A stretch of DNA of 64,000 bases, taken from Lachnospiraceae bacterium (GTDB lineage: Bacteria; Bacillota; Clostridia; Lachnospirales; Lachnospiraceae). Under the pieces are notes generated by a model that was not told the DNA's origin, did no database searches, and saw only the letters and a program-made list of their open reading frames with translations. The stretch is taken from the NCBI GenBank assembly GCA_016291405.1, contig JAEEXG010000009.1, positions 23-64,022 of the forward strand. The letters run 5' to 3'. The stretch's first letter is position 1, and each line of letters opens with the position of its first letter. Below, one piece after another: positions 19,204 through 28,937 of the stretch. The position numbers were made by a program, and so were the translations under genes.

Positions 19204-21600
19204 ATGTATCAGGTTATTAAACGCGGGGGAGAGACAGCAGATTTTACTTTGACAAAGATCAGCGATGCCATCATGAAGGCATTTGTTGCTACCGAAATGG
19301 AGTATTCTAACGACATTATCGATCTTTTGGCTCTCAAAGTAACTTCAGATTTTCAGCCTAAGATTAAAGACGGCGCTATCAGTGTTGAAGATATTCAGGA
19401 TAGCGTGGAAAAGGTTTTGGAGCAGACCGGTTATACAGATGTAGCAAAGGCTTACATCCTTTACCGTAAACAGCGCGAAAAAATGCGTGAAATGAAATCC
19501 ACAATCTTAGACTACAAAGAAGTGGTAAATAAGTACGTAAAGGTTGAAGACTGGCGTGTTAAGGAAAATTCTACCGTAACATATTCAGTAGGCGGACTTA
19601 TTCTTTCAAACTCCGGAGCTGTAACTGCAAACTACTGGCTTTCAGAAATTTATGACAATGAAATTGCTGAAGCACATCGTAATGCGGATATTCACATTCA
19701 CGACCTTTCAATGCTTACAGGTTACTGTGCAGGATGGTCATTAAAGCAGCTTATTACCGAAGGTTTGGGCGGTATACCCGGAAAGATCACATCTGCACCT
19801 GCAAAGCACTTATCCGTTCTTTGCAACCAGATGGTTAACTTCCTTGGAATTATGCAAAATGAATGGGCCGGCGCTCAGGCATTTTCTTCATTCGATACAT
19901 ACCTTGCACCTTTTGTTAAGGCAGACAACCTTTCCTATCCTGAGGTTAAAAAGTGCATCGAGTCCTTCATCTACGGTGTAAACACACCTTCAAGATGGGG
20001 TACACAGGCACCTTTCTCAAACATCACTTTGGACTGGACGGTTCCCGCAGACTTGGCAGAACTTCCTGCAATCGTTGGCGGACAGCCTCAGAACTTTAAG
20101 TACAAAGACTGCAAGAAAGAAATGGATATGGTAAACAAAGCTTTCATCGAAACCATGATCGAAGGCGATGCAAACGGAAGAGGATTCCAGTATCCTATCC
20201 CTACATATTCAATTACAAAAGACTTTGACTGGTCAGAAACAGAAAACAACAAGTTGTTATTCGAAATGACATCAAAGTACGGTACACCTTATTTCTCTAA
20301 CTACATCAATTCCGATATGGAGCCTTCAGACGTTCGTTCGATGTGCTGTCGTTTAAGACTTGATTTAAGAGAATTAAGAAAGAAGACAGGCGGTTTCTTT
20401 GGTTCCGGCGAATCAACAGGTTCCGTTGGCGTTGTTACAATAAACATGCCTCGTATCGCTTATCTTTCAACAAGCAAAGACGATTTCTACAGACGTCTTA
20501 ACAGATTAATGGATATTTCCGCAAGATCATTAAAGATCAAGCGTGGAGTTATATCAAAGCTTTTAAACGAAGGCTTGTATCCTTACACAAAGAGATACTT
20601 GGGTTCGTTTGATAACCACTTCTCAACAATCGGACTTATCGGTATGAACGAAGTTGGTCTTAACGCCAACTGGTTAAGAGCCGATATGACCGATCCTCGT
20701 ACACAGGAATTTACAAAAGAAGTGCTTAACCACATGCGTAATCGTTTATCCGATTACCAGCAGGAATACGGCGACCTTTACAACCTGGAAGCTACTCCCG
20801 CAGAAAGCACCACTTACAGATTCGCAATGCACGATAAGAAGAAATGGCCCGCAATCAAGACAGCAGGTAAGCCCGGAGACAATCCGTACTACACAAACTC
20901 TTCTCACTTGCCTGTTGACTATACCGAAGATATTTTTGATGCTTTGGATATTCAGGATGAGCTTCAGACCCTCTACACATCAGGAACAGTATTCCATGCA
21001 TTCCTTGGAGAAAAGCTTCCCGATTGGAAGGCAGCGGCAAATCTTATCAGAACCATCGCTGAAAACTACAAGCTTCCTTACTACACACTTTCACCCACAT
21101 ATTCAATTTGTAAGAACCATGGATATTTGGCAGGTGAAAAGAAGGTTTGTCCTTTCTGTGGAGAAGTTACTGAAGTTTACAGCCGTATCACAGGTTATTA
21201 CAGACCTGTTCAGAACTGGAACGATGGTAAGGCTCAGGAGTATGTAAACAGAAAGACATACGACATAGCAAATTCACATCTTATGAGACCGGTCAGCAAG
21301 GTCGTTACAATTTCTTCAAACGAGGAAGAACCCGTTAAGGAAGTAAATGTAAAAGAACCTTCGGGAGTGAGATACTTATTCACCACCAAGACCTGTCCCA
21401 ATTGCAAGCTTGCCAAGGAAATGTTAGACGGAATTGATTACATCTTAATCGATGCCGAAGAAAATGCAGAGCTGGTTGAAAAATACCGCATAATGCAGGC
21501 TCCTACACTGGTTGTTGTAGACGGAGGCGAGTTTAAAAAATACGTAAATGCTTCGAATATTAAAAAATATGTTGAAAATGAAGCAGGGGTTACAGTATAA
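19204..21600 (+). CDS. nrdD: Anaerobic ribonucleoside-triphosphate reductase with C-terminal thioredoxin-fold extension
   Basis: N-terminal ATP-cone, a C-terminal Cys cluster (CPFCG) and the glycyl-radical motif SRITGYYRPV. About 95 extra residues follow, containing TKTCPNCKLAK (CxxC). Confidence 0.9.
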   Translation: MYQVIKRGGETADFTLTKISDAIMKAFVATEMEYSNDIIDLLALKVTSDFQPKIKDGAISVEDIQDSVEKVLEQTGYTDVAKAYILYRKQREKMREMKSTILDYKEVVNKYVKVEDWRVKENSTVTYSVGGLILSNSGAVTANYWLSEIYDNEIAEAHRNADIHIHDLSMLTGYCAGWSLKQLITEGLGGIPGKITSAPAKHLSVLCNQMVNFLGIMQNEWAGAQAFSSFDTYLAPFVKADNLSYPEVKKCIESFIYGVNTPSRWGTQAPFSNITLDWTVPADLAELPAIVGGQPQNFKYKDCKKEMDMVNKAFIETMIEGDANGRGFQYPIPTYSITKDFDWSETENNKLLFEMTSKYGTPYFSNYINSDMEPSDVRSMCCRLRLDLRELRKKTGGFFGSGESTGSVGVVTINMPRIAYLSTSKDDFYRRLNRLMDISARSLKIKRGVISKLLNEGLYPYTKRYLGSFDNHFSTIGLIGMNEVGLNANWLRADMTDPRTQEFTKEVLNHMRNRLSDYQQEYGDLYNLEATPAESTTYRFAMHDKKKWPAIKTAGKPGDNPYYTNSSHLPVDYTEDIFDALDIQDELQTLYTSGTVFHAFLGEKLPDWKAAANLIRTIAENYKLPYYTLSPTYSICKNHGYLAGEKKVCPFCGEVTEVYSRITGYYRPVQNWNDGKAQEYVNRKTYDIANSHLMRPVSKVVTISSNEEEPVKEVNVKEPSGVRYLFTTKTCPNCKLAKEMLDGIDYILIDAEENAELVEKYRIMQAPTLVVVDGGEFKKYVNASNIKKYVENEAGVTV

Positions 21601-21607
21601 ATAGTAA

Positions 21608-21642
21608 AGGGAGGTAGGTTACAAACCCACCTCCCTTTCTTT
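21608..21642 (+). terminator. Rho-independent terminator
   Basis: Stem AGGGAGGTAGG / CCCACCTCCCT (one mismatch) followed by TTCTTT. Confidence 0.7.
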
Positions 21643-21665
21643 AGAATAAATTTAGGAGAAAGAAA

Positions 21666-22583
21666 ATGATCAACCAACTAGTCAAAAGAATCAAAGAAAC
21701 CAATGCACCCATTGTGGTAGGCTTAGACCCCACTTTGAAACTCATGCCAAACTTCATTAAAGAGAAAAACTTTAAAGAGTACGGCGAAAACTTACTTGGG
21801 GCTTCAAAAGCCATTATCGAATACAACAAAGGAATTGTGGATGCCATCGCAGACTTGGTTCCTTGCGTAAAACCTCAGATTGCAATGTATGAATCTTTTG
21901 GCATTGAAGGTTTGATAGCATTTAAAGAAACCGTCGATTATTGTAAGAAAAAAGGCCTTTTGGTAATAGGCGACATTAAAAGAGGAGACATCGGCTCCAC
22001 AAGCGAAGCTTACGCAATCGGCCATTTATCAGGTGTAGAAATAAACGGAAAGAAACAGGAAGGCTTCAACGAAGACTTTGCAACCGTTAACCCCTACCTT
22101 GGAATCGACGGCATAAAGCCCTTTATGGACGTATGTAAAAAAGAAAATAAGGGAATATTCGTCCTTGTTAAAACATCCAACCCCAGTTCCGGAGAATTCC
22201 AGGATCGTCTCATTGACGGAAAGCCCTTATATGAGCACGTAGCCATGAAAGTAGCAGAATGGGGAGACTCCCTCATGGGCGATTCTTACTCATACGTAGG
22301 CGCAGTAGTAGGCGCCACCTACCCCGAAATGGGCAAGGCCCTTCGCTCTGTAATGCCAAAGGCTTACATCCTCGTTCCCGGTTACGGCGCACAAGGCGGC
22401 ACAGCCGACGGCCTCCGTCCTTTCTTCAACGAAGATGGTTTAGGAGCTATTGTAAATTCTTCAAGAGGAATTATCGCAGCTTACCAGAATGAAAAATATT
22501 CAAAGTTCGGCGAAGCAGGCTACGCAGACGCTGCTCGTCAGGCTGTTATAGATATGAGAGAAGACATCAATTCAATTTTCTAG
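21666..22583 (+). CDS. pyrF: Orotidine-5'-phosphate decarboxylase (long type 2)
   Basis: VGLDP, KPQIAMYE and GDIKRGDIGST motifs; 305 aa. Confidence 0.85.
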   Translation: MINQLVKRIKETNAPIVVGLDPTLKLMPNFIKEKNFKEYGENLLGASKAIIEYNKGIVDAIADLVPCVKPQIAMYESFGIEGLIAFKETVDYCKKKGLLVIGDIKRGDIGSTSEAYAIGHLSGVEINGKKQEGFNEDFATVNPYLGIDGIKPFMDVCKKENKGIFVLVKTSNPSSGEFQDRLIDGKPLYEHVAMKVAEWGDSLMGDSYSYVGAVVGATYPEMGKALRSVMPKAYILVPGYGAQGGTADGLRPFFNEDGLGAIVNSSRGIIAAYQNEKYSKFGEAGYADAARQAVIDMREDINSIF

Positions 22584-22600
22584 GTATAAAGGAGCATCAC

Positions 22601-23275
22601 ATGGAACAGTATAAGAAAGAGTTTATAGAATTTATGGTGGAGTGCGACGTGCTTAAATTTGGCGACTTCACACTTAAGAGCGGAAGAAAGAGCCCCTTCT
22701 TTATGAATGCGGGCGCCTATGTGTACGGCTGGCAGCTTGAAAAGCTTGGTGAGTATTATGCTAAGGCCATTCATGAAACATACGGAGATGATTTTGATGT
22801 GCTCTTTGGACCTGCGTATAAAGGAATTCCTTTGTCGGTTGCAACTGTAATAGCTTATTCAAAGCTTTATGGAAAAGAAATCAGATATTGCTCAAACAGA
22901 AAAGAAGAAAAAGACCACGGCGATGCAGGCATTTTGCTTGGATCTAAGTTAAAAGACGGAGACAGAGTGGTTATTATTGAAGACGTTACCACTTCAGGAA
23001 AGTCAATAGAAGAAACCTTCCCCATCATTACTTCCGTTGCAAACGTAGAGGTTAAAGGCCTTATGGTTTCTTTAAACAGAGAAGAAAAAGGAAAGGGCGA
23101 TAAGTGCGCTCTTGATGAAATTAAGGAACTCTACGGATTTAACACAGCGGCTATCGTGTCCATGTCTGAAGTAAGAGAGTATCTTACAAACAAGGAAGTT
23201 AAAGGAAAAGTTGTAATTACCGATGAAATAGCCAAAGCTATTGACGCTTATTACAACGAATACGGAGCAAGATAA
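22601..23275 (+). CDS. pyrE: Orotate phosphoribosyltransferase
   Basis: FTLKSGRKSPFFMN and the PRPP loop VVIIEDVTTSGKS. Confidence 0.9.
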   Translation: MEQYKKEFIEFMVECDVLKFGDFTLKSGRKSPFFMNAGAYVYGWQLEKLGEYYAKAIHETYGDDFDVLFGPAYKGIPLSVATVIAYSKLYGKEIRYCSNRKEEKDHGDAGILLGSKLKDGDRVVIIEDVTTSGKSIEETFPIITSVANVEVKGLMVSLNREEKGKGDKCALDEIKELYGFNTAAIVSMSEVREYLTNKEVKGKVVITDEIAKAIDAYYNEYGAR

Positions 23276-23335
23276 TTATTTTTGGGCAATATTTTAATTG
23301 CCTATGAAAATTTTGTCATATACAATTATTGTGTT

Positions 23336-23653
23336 ATGAGTAAACGACCCGGTAAGTATATTTATTCAAATAAAAAACATACCGAAAAAGGCATTTTTTC
23401 AACAGTGCTCGCTGCGCTATCGTTCACTTTCTTAGTCCTTATGCTTGTGGTTTCTTATGCCAATAAGGGCGAAGTGAAGGGTTCTTTTGGCGCAGTGGCA
23501 TTTGTGTGCACCATTCTTAGTGCCATAGGCATTATTGTGGGTGTGGTTGGAAAGAACGAGCCTGATAAGTTCTATTTGTTTTCGTATATCGGAATCATTT
23601 GGAACGTGGTCAACCTGTTTATGATAAGCGCAATTTTATATGCCGGTATCTAA
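23336..23653 (+). CDS. Small integral membrane protein, hypothetical
   Basis: Three hydrophobic helices. The first ATG in frame is at 23336 (the ORF-track start 23282 is a TTG). There is no clear RBS, so the start is uncertain. Confidence 0.4.
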   Translation: MSKRPGKYIYSNKKHTEKGIFSTVLAALSFTFLVLMLVVSYANKGEVKGSFGAVAFVCTILSAIGIIVGVVGKNEPDKFYLFSYIGIIWNVVNLFMISAILYAGI

Positions 23654-23672
23654 TCCACGAAAGGGGTACATT

Positions 23673-24179
23673 ATGCCTACAGTTTCAATTGTTATGGGTA
23701 GTGATTCGGATATGCCTGTTATGGCTAAGGCCGCAGACATTCTCGAAGAGTTTGGCATCGATTATGAGATGACCATTATTTCGGCTCACAGAGAGCCGGA
23801 CACTTTCTTTGAATATGCGAAGACCGCAGAAGAAAGAGGTGTTAAAGTTATTATCGCGGGTGCAGGTATGGCAGCTCATCTGCCCGGTATGTGCGCCGCT
23901 ATCTTCCCGATGCCTGTCATCGGAATTCCTATGCATACCACAAGTCTTGGTGGTAAAGATTCCCTTTATTCAATAGTACAAATGCCAAGCGGTATTCCCG
24001 TTGCGACCGTTGCCATTAATGGTGGCCAAAATGCAGGTTTGCTTGCGGTTAAAATACTTGCTACATCAGATGAGTCTTTGCTTAAAAAGCTTAAGGCTTA
24101 TTCAGAGAAGATGAAAAAGGCTGTTGAAGACAAGGATAAAAAGTTAAAAGAAACCGGATACAAAAATTACGGAAAATAA
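23673..24179 (+). CDS. purE: (Carboxy)aminoimidazole ribonucleotide mutase/carboxylase PurE
   Basis: AAAGGGG RBS before ATG 23673. MGSDSD, SAHR and [11 protein letters not shown] motifs are present. No purK is adjacent, so the class (I vs II) cannot be decided from sequence alone. Confidence 0.85.
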   Translation: MPTVSIVMGSDSDMPVMAKAADILEEFGIDYEMTIISAHREPDTFFEYAKTAEERGVKVIIAGAGMAAHLPGMCAAIFPMPVIGIPMHTTSLGGKDSLYSIVQMPSGIPVATVAINGGQNAGLLAVKILATSDESLLKKLKAYSEKMKKAVEDKDKKLKETGYKNYGK

Positions 24180-24190
24180 GGAGATTTAGA

Positions 24191-25225
24191 ATGGGACTTG
24201 ATTACAAGAAGGCAGGCGTAGATATTGAAGCCGGCTACAAATCTGTTGAACTTATGAAGGCGGCGGTTAAAAGCACCATGCGCCCTGAAGTTTTGGGAGG
24301 AATCGGAGGCTTTTCGGGAGCATTCTCGGCAGCTGCTTTAAAGAACATGGAGGAGCCAGTTCTTTTGTCAGGAACAGACGGATGCGGCACGAAAGTAAAG
24401 CTTGCATTTTTAATGGATAAGCACGATACAATCGGTATCGACTGCGTTGCAATGTGCGTAAACGACGTAGCATGCGCAGGCGCAGAACCCTTATTTTTCC
24501 TTGATTATATTGCCTGTGGAAAGAACTACCCCGAAAAGATTGCAACAATCGTAGGCGGTGTGGCAGAAGGATGCAGACAGTCTGAATGTGCACTTGTAGG
24601 CGGTGAAACCGCAGAGCACCCTGATTTAATGCCTGTTGATGAATACGACTTGGCAGGATTTTGTGTAGGTGTTGCTGATAAAAAGGACTTAATTACAGGA
24701 GAAACCATTAAGCCCGGAGACGCCCTTATCGGTATCGCTTCATCAGGGGTTCATTCAAACGGATTTTCTTTGGTTAGAAAAGTGTTTGAAATGACAAAAG
24801 AAAGCCTTGATACATATTACGAAGAACTTGGAAAGACACTTGGAGAAGCTTTGATTGCTCCCACAAGAATATATGTAAAGGCCTTAAAGGAAGTTAAGAA
24901 GGCAGGAATTAAGATTAAAGGCTGCAGCCACATTACAGGCGGCGGATTCTATGAAAACATTCCCAGAATGCTTCCCGAAGGCATTATCGCTTCAGTTGAT
25001 AAGTCAAGCTACAAAGTTCCCCCTATCTTTAAGCTTATGCAAAAGAAGGGCGAAATCAGCGAAGAAATGATGTACAACACATTCAACATGGGTATCGGAA
25101 TGGTGCTTTGTGTTGACGGTGAAGATGTGGAAGAAACCATCGCCGCATTAAAGAACGCAGGCGACGAAGCATTCTTAATCGGTAGAACAATTGCCGGAGA
25201 AAAGGGAGTTATCTTAAATGATTAG
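24191..25225 (+). CDS. purM: Phosphoribosylformylglycinamidine cyclo-ligase (AIR synthetase)
   Basis: The DGCGTK motif, its 344-aa length and its position in the pur operon. Confidence 0.9.
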   Translation: MGLDYKKAGVDIEAGYKSVELMKAAVKSTMRPEVLGGIGGFSGAFSAAALKNMEEPVLLSGTDGCGTKVKLAFLMDKHDTIGIDCVAMCVNDVACAGAEPLFFLDYIACGKNYPEKIATIVGGVAEGCRQSECALVGGETAEHPDLMPVDEYDLAGFCVGVADKKDLITGETIKPGDALIGIASSGVHSNGFSLVRKVFEMTKESLDTYYEELGKTLGEALIAPTRIYVKALKEVKKAGIKIKGCSHITGGGFYENIPRMLPEGIIASVDKSSYKVPPIFKLMQKKGEISEEMMYNTFNMGIGMVLCVDGEDVEETIAALKNAGDEAFLIGRTIAGEKGVILND

Positions 25226-25826
25226 GGTTTGCGTTTGCGTGTCGGGAGGCGGCACAAACTTAGAGGCTATTTTTAAAGCAATTGAAGATAAGAAGATTAC
25301 AGACGCTCAAATTGTAAGAGTGATTTCAAACAATCCCGGAGCCTTTGCTTTGGAAAGAGCAAAGAGAAGAAACGTGGAAGCTATTTGTGTTAGCCCCAAA
25401 GATTATGCCGAAAGAGCTGATTTTAACGTGGCTTTGCTTAACGCTTTAAAAGAATGTAAGCCCGATTTAATAGTGCTTGCAGGCTTCCTTGTAAACGTGC
25501 CCGTTGAAATCATAAGAGAATTTAAAAACAGAATTATAAACATTCATCCTTCCCTTATTCCTTCTTTTTGCGGAAAAGGCTTTTACGGCATAAAAGTGCA
25601 TGAAGAAGCCTTAAAGAAGGGTGTAAAGGTAAGCGGCGCCACCGTTCACTTTGTGGATGAAGGCATCGATACCGGAAGAATCATAGACCAAAAGGCTGTA
25701 TACGTTAAAGAAGGCGACGATGCAAAGTCCCTTCAGGAACGTATTATGGAAGAAGCCGAATGGGTCATTTTACCAAAGACCATTCAAAGAATTGCCTCTG
25801 GCGAAATTAAAATAGGAGAAAATTAA
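25218..25826 (+). CDS. purN: Phosphoribosylglycinamide formyltransferase
   Basis: SGGGTNL and NIHPSLIP motifs; the start overlaps the purM stop. Confidence 0.9.
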   Translation: MIRVCVCVSGGGTNLEAIFKAIEDKKITDAQIVRVISNNPGAFALERAKRRNVEAICVSPKDYAERADFNVALLNALKECKPDLIVLAGFLVNVPVEIIREFKNRIINIHPSLIPSFCGKGFYGIKVHEEALKKGVKVSGATVHFVDEGIDTGRIIDQKAVYVKEGDDAKSLQERIMEEAEWVILPKTIQRIASGEIKIGEN

Positions 25827-27100
25827 TGAGAATTGCGATTGTAGGATCCGGCGGAAGAGAACACGCCATAGCTGTAAGTGTTAAAAAGTCAAAGAAGGCA
25901 GACAAGATTTTTGCCCTTCCCGGAAATGCGGGAATAGCTGAAATTGCGGAATGTGTGCCCATTTCCGTTATGGAATTTGATAAGATTGCAAAGTTTTGTG
26001 TTGATGAAAAAATAGACCTTTGCATAGTCGGACCCGACGATCCCTTGGTAGGAGGCTTGGTTGACGTTTTAAAAGAAAACGGAATTAAAGCCTTCGGACC
26101 TGATAAAAAGGCAGCTATCTTAGAAGGAAGCAAGGCCTTTTCAAAGGACTTAATGAAAAAATACAATATTCCCACCGCTCAGTACGAGACATTCGATAAC
26201 GCCGATGCGGCATGTGAATATTTAAAGACCGCAAAGCTTCCCATAGTGCTTAAGGCAGACGGCTTGGCACTTGGAAAAGGTGTTCTTATTTGTAACACTT
26301 TAGAAGAAGCGCTTGAAGGCGTTAAAGAAATCATGTGCGATAAGAAGTTTGGAAGCGCGGGAAATAAGCTTGTAATCGAAGAGTTTATGACAGGACGTGA
26401 AGTATCCGTTCTTTCATTTGTAGACGGAAAGACAATTAAGACCATGGCTTCCGCCCAGGATCACAAGCGTGCAAAAGACAATGACGAAGGGCTTAACACA
26501 GGAGGAATGGGTAACTTTTCTCCAAGCCCCTTCTTTACTAAAGAAATAGATGAGTATTGCCAGAAAGAAATTTTCCAAAAGACCGTTGATGCCATGAGAG
26601 CAGAGGGAAGAGAGTTTAAAGGAGTTATTTTCTTTGGACTTATGCTTACAGAAAACGGCCCCAAGGTATTAGAGTATAACGCCCGTTTCGGAGATCCCGA
26701 AGCACAGGTAGTGCTTACAAGAATGGAAAGTGATATAATTGATGTATGTGAAGCATGCATAGACGGCACCCTTGATAAAATAGACTTAAAGTTTATGGAC
26801 GATGCTGCCGTTTGCGTAGTTTTAGCCAGCGACGGTTATCCTCTTTCCTACAAAAAGGGATTTGAGATAACAGGTTTAGAAAATTTTAAGAATAAAAACG
26901 ATTTTTATTGCTTCCATGCTGGTACAATATTTAATAAAGATGGTAAAATAGTCACTAACGGTGGACGTGTTTTGGGAGTAACAGCCACTGCGGCTACGCT
27001 TAAAGAAGCCAGAAAGAAAGCTTATGAAGCCTGCAATTGGGTTTCTTTTGAAAATAAGTACATGCGTACTGATATAGCGAAGGCCATCGAGAATATGTAA
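25826..27100 (+). CDS. purD: Phosphoribosylamine-glycine ligase
   Basis: VGSGGREHA at the N-terminus and an ATP-grasp region with EYNARFGDPE. There is a TAATG overlap with purN. Confidence 0.9.
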   Translation: MRIAIVGSGGREHAIAVSVKKSKKADKIFALPGNAGIAEIAECVPISVMEFDKIAKFCVDEKIDLCIVGPDDPLVGGLVDVLKENGIKAFGPDKKAAILEGSKAFSKDLMKKYNIPTAQYETFDNADAACEYLKTAKLPIVLKADGLALGKGVLICNTLEEALEGVKEIMCDKKFGSAGNKLVIEEFMTGREVSVLSFVDGKTIKTMASAQDHKRAKDNDEGLNTGGMGNFSPSPFFTKEIDEYCQKEIFQKTVDAMRAEGREFKGVIFFGLMLTENGPKVLEYNARFGDPEAQVVLTRMESDIIDVCEACIDGTLDKIDLKFMDDAAVCVVLASDGYPLSYKKGFEITGLENFKNKNDFYCFHAGTIFNKDGKIVTNGGRVLGVTATAATLKEARKKAYEACNWVSFENKYMRTDIAKAIENM

Positions 27101-27112
27101 CATCCTGTTACA

Positions 27113-27439
27113 TTGAGAAGAGGTATAAATTTGGGAGATTTAAAATTACCTGATCCTTTTGAAGACGAGCTTTACGACCGCCCATTACTGTGCGAAAAGT
27201 GTGGCAAAATGCTTAAGTACATGGGTATAGGAGAGTACAAGTGCGAAGTATGCGGGCACACCCAATATGACGCATACGGACTTGTGAGAAACTATGTGGA
27301 AAGAAACCCGGGCGTAAACGTTTTAAAGGTCGAAAGGGTGACGGGGGTAAGCCGTAAAGTAATAAACGGCATGGTAAAAGCAGGGAAACTTGACGTTAAA
27401 GCAGGTTCCATGAAGTTAGCGGAGGAGATGCATGATTAG
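27113..27439 (+). CDS. Zinc-ribbon protein with C-terminal HTH-like segment (YvyF/flagellar-region-protein-like)
   Basis: CEKCG...CEVCG zinc ribbon. The tail ..YVERNPGVNVLKVERVTGVSRKVINGMVKAGKL resembles the YvyF family. The start is a non-ATG codon (TTG at 27113 or the in-frame TTG at 27131). Confidence 0.4.
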   Translation: MRRGINLGDLKLPDPFEDELYDRPLLCEKCGKMLKYMGIGEYKCEVCGHTQYDAYGLVRNYVERNPGVNVLKVERVTGVSRKVINGMVKAGKLDVKAGSMKLAEEMHD

Positions 27440-28877
27440 GGTTAGAAGGTTAATTGAGAAAGCCTTACTTGCAGCTACTGTAGTTGTTGCAACAGGTTTT
27501 CTTTTTACAATCAATGCGTTTGCGGACGGTAAAGCAACCGTTACGGCAGACAGCGCATATGTAAGGTCAAACGCCAGCACATCCGGCACGGTTGTGGGAA
27601 GCGCAGCAAAGAATGATGTTTATGACGTACTTGGATCTGAGACAGATTCAAACGGATATACATGGTATAAGATAAGGCTTTCTGACGGAAGCACAACAGG
27701 TTATATCAGAAGCGACCTTGTTACAACAGAAGGTGTAAGCGCAAAGAAAGAAGAAACCACAGCTGAAGTCCCTCAGGTAGAAGTTACCGTTGAACAGACA
27801 ATTGCAACGGAAGCAGAGCCTGTAGGAGGAAGCGTTACTGGTGATGTAAGAGTAAGAGAAGGTGCTTCCACCAATCATAAGGTAGTAGATAATGCGAAGG
27901 CAAACACTGCAGTTACCGTTACAGGCTTTGCAACAGCAAGCGACGGAAAACAGTGGTTACGCGTAACATATTCTGTAGACGGAAAAGAAGTTAACGGTTA
28001 TATCCGTTCAGACTTTGTAAAGCTTAACGGAGAGCTTATGGAAAAGCAGCCCGAAGTAGTGGAAGAGCCTGAACCGGAACCCGAACCCGAGCCCGAACCC
28101 GAGCCTGAATACAAGGACTACGAAGCGGTTAAAGGCGATGACGGAGTGTGGTATTTAAATAACTACGTTAAGGGTAACAGAGTATCAATCGAAGAGCTCT
28201 ACGCAGCAATCGACAGCTTCAACGAAAAGCAGAAAGAATACGAAGCTTCATTAAAGAAAAAGAATATAATCATCGGTGCATTGGCATTTGTTATCATTGC
28301 ACTCATAGGACTTGGTGTATACGCATACATTTCAGTTAGACGCTGGTATTACGGTTCAGACGATGAAACAGAAGAACCTGTAAAGCCCGTTTCAAGAAAG
28401 AGAAACGATTACTACGAAGAAAAGCCTAAAGCTCAGGCTAAAGCATCATCATTTAAGATGCCTTCCGTAGGCGCAGAAGAGCGTGAGCCCGGATATTCAA
28501 GAGTACACGAGCAGGCACCTCAGAGAAGTGCAAACACCGTAAAGCCTACGGTTAAGCAGAGTGTTCTTACAGGGGAAAGACTTCCCGACGGTTCCATCAG
28601 AATGCCTGATGGTTCAATCAGAAAAGCAAAGATTGGCGTAAAGCTTCAGGACGGAAGCATCCGTTTTGAAGACGGTTCAGTAAGAAGACCCGACGGTACA
28701 ATCATTAAGCCTTCTCAGGCATCGGCTGCATATTCCGATGAAAGACAGGCTAGAAGCAAAGTCGGTACTTCAAATCTTGAAGTAAGACAGATTCCTTATC
28801 CCAGAACCAGCGAAGCCAGCAATGACGACGATATGGAATACGGATTCTTAGATTTGGACGATGGTTCAAACAATTAA
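27432..28877 (+). CDS. Membrane protein with two bacterial SH3 domains, (EP)n linker and DGSIR-repeat cytoplasmic tail
   Basis: A signal/anchor segment is followed by two SH3b-like modules (..YVRS..S..G.VVG....). An EPEPEPEPEPEPEPE run is encoded at 28065-28109. A TM helix follows, then four D-G-S/T-I/V-R/I repeats. Confidence 0.6.
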   Translation: MIRVRRLIEKALLAATVVVATGFLFTINAFADGKATVTADSAYVRSNASTSGTVVGSAAKNDVYDVLGSETDSNGYTWYKIRLSDGSTTGYIRSDLVTTEGVSAKKEETTAEVPQVEVTVEQTIATEAEPVGGSVTGDVRVREGASTNHKVVDNAKANTAVTVTGFATASDGKQWLRVTYSVDGKEVNGYIRSDFVKLNGELMEKQPEVVEEPEPEPEPEPEPEPEYKDYEAVKGDDGVWYLNNYVKGNRVSIEELYAAIDSFNEKQKEYEASLKKKNIIIGALAFVIIALIGLGVYAYISVRRWYYGSDDETEEPVKPVSRKRNDYYEEKPKAQAKASSFKMPSVGAEEREPGYSRVHEQAPQRSANTVKPTVKQSVLTGERLPDGSIRMPDGSIRKAKIGVKLQDGSIRFEDGSVRRPDGTIIKPSQASAAYSDERQARSKVGTSNLEVRQIPYPRTSEASNDDDMEYGFLDLDDGSNN

Positions 28878-28889
28878 TTAACTTATAGG

Positions 28890-28917
28890 TCCCACGGTTT
28901 TACTACCGTGGGATTTT
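28890..28917 (+). terminator. Rho-independent terminator
   Basis: Stem TCCCACGG / CCGTGGGA followed by TTTT. Confidence 0.75.
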
Positions 28918-28937
28918 AAGACAAAGGGGGCATTTAC

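Noticed and set aside
23673-27100. The pur operon lacks purC, purF, purH and purK; possible deletion or pseudogenisation.
   Set aside because: The gene junctions are tight or overlapping with no remnants. The missing steps can be encoded elsewhere in the genome; purL and a PurF-like gene are already separate in this window. Operon composition varies widely among Clostridia.
28065-28109. GAACCN microsatellite-like tract (also the CAGCCCGGT repeats at about 3580-3635).
   Set aside because: Both are in frame inside long ORFs and encode linker peptides, (EP)n and GQPG repeats. They are noted as coding low complexity, not independent repeat elements.
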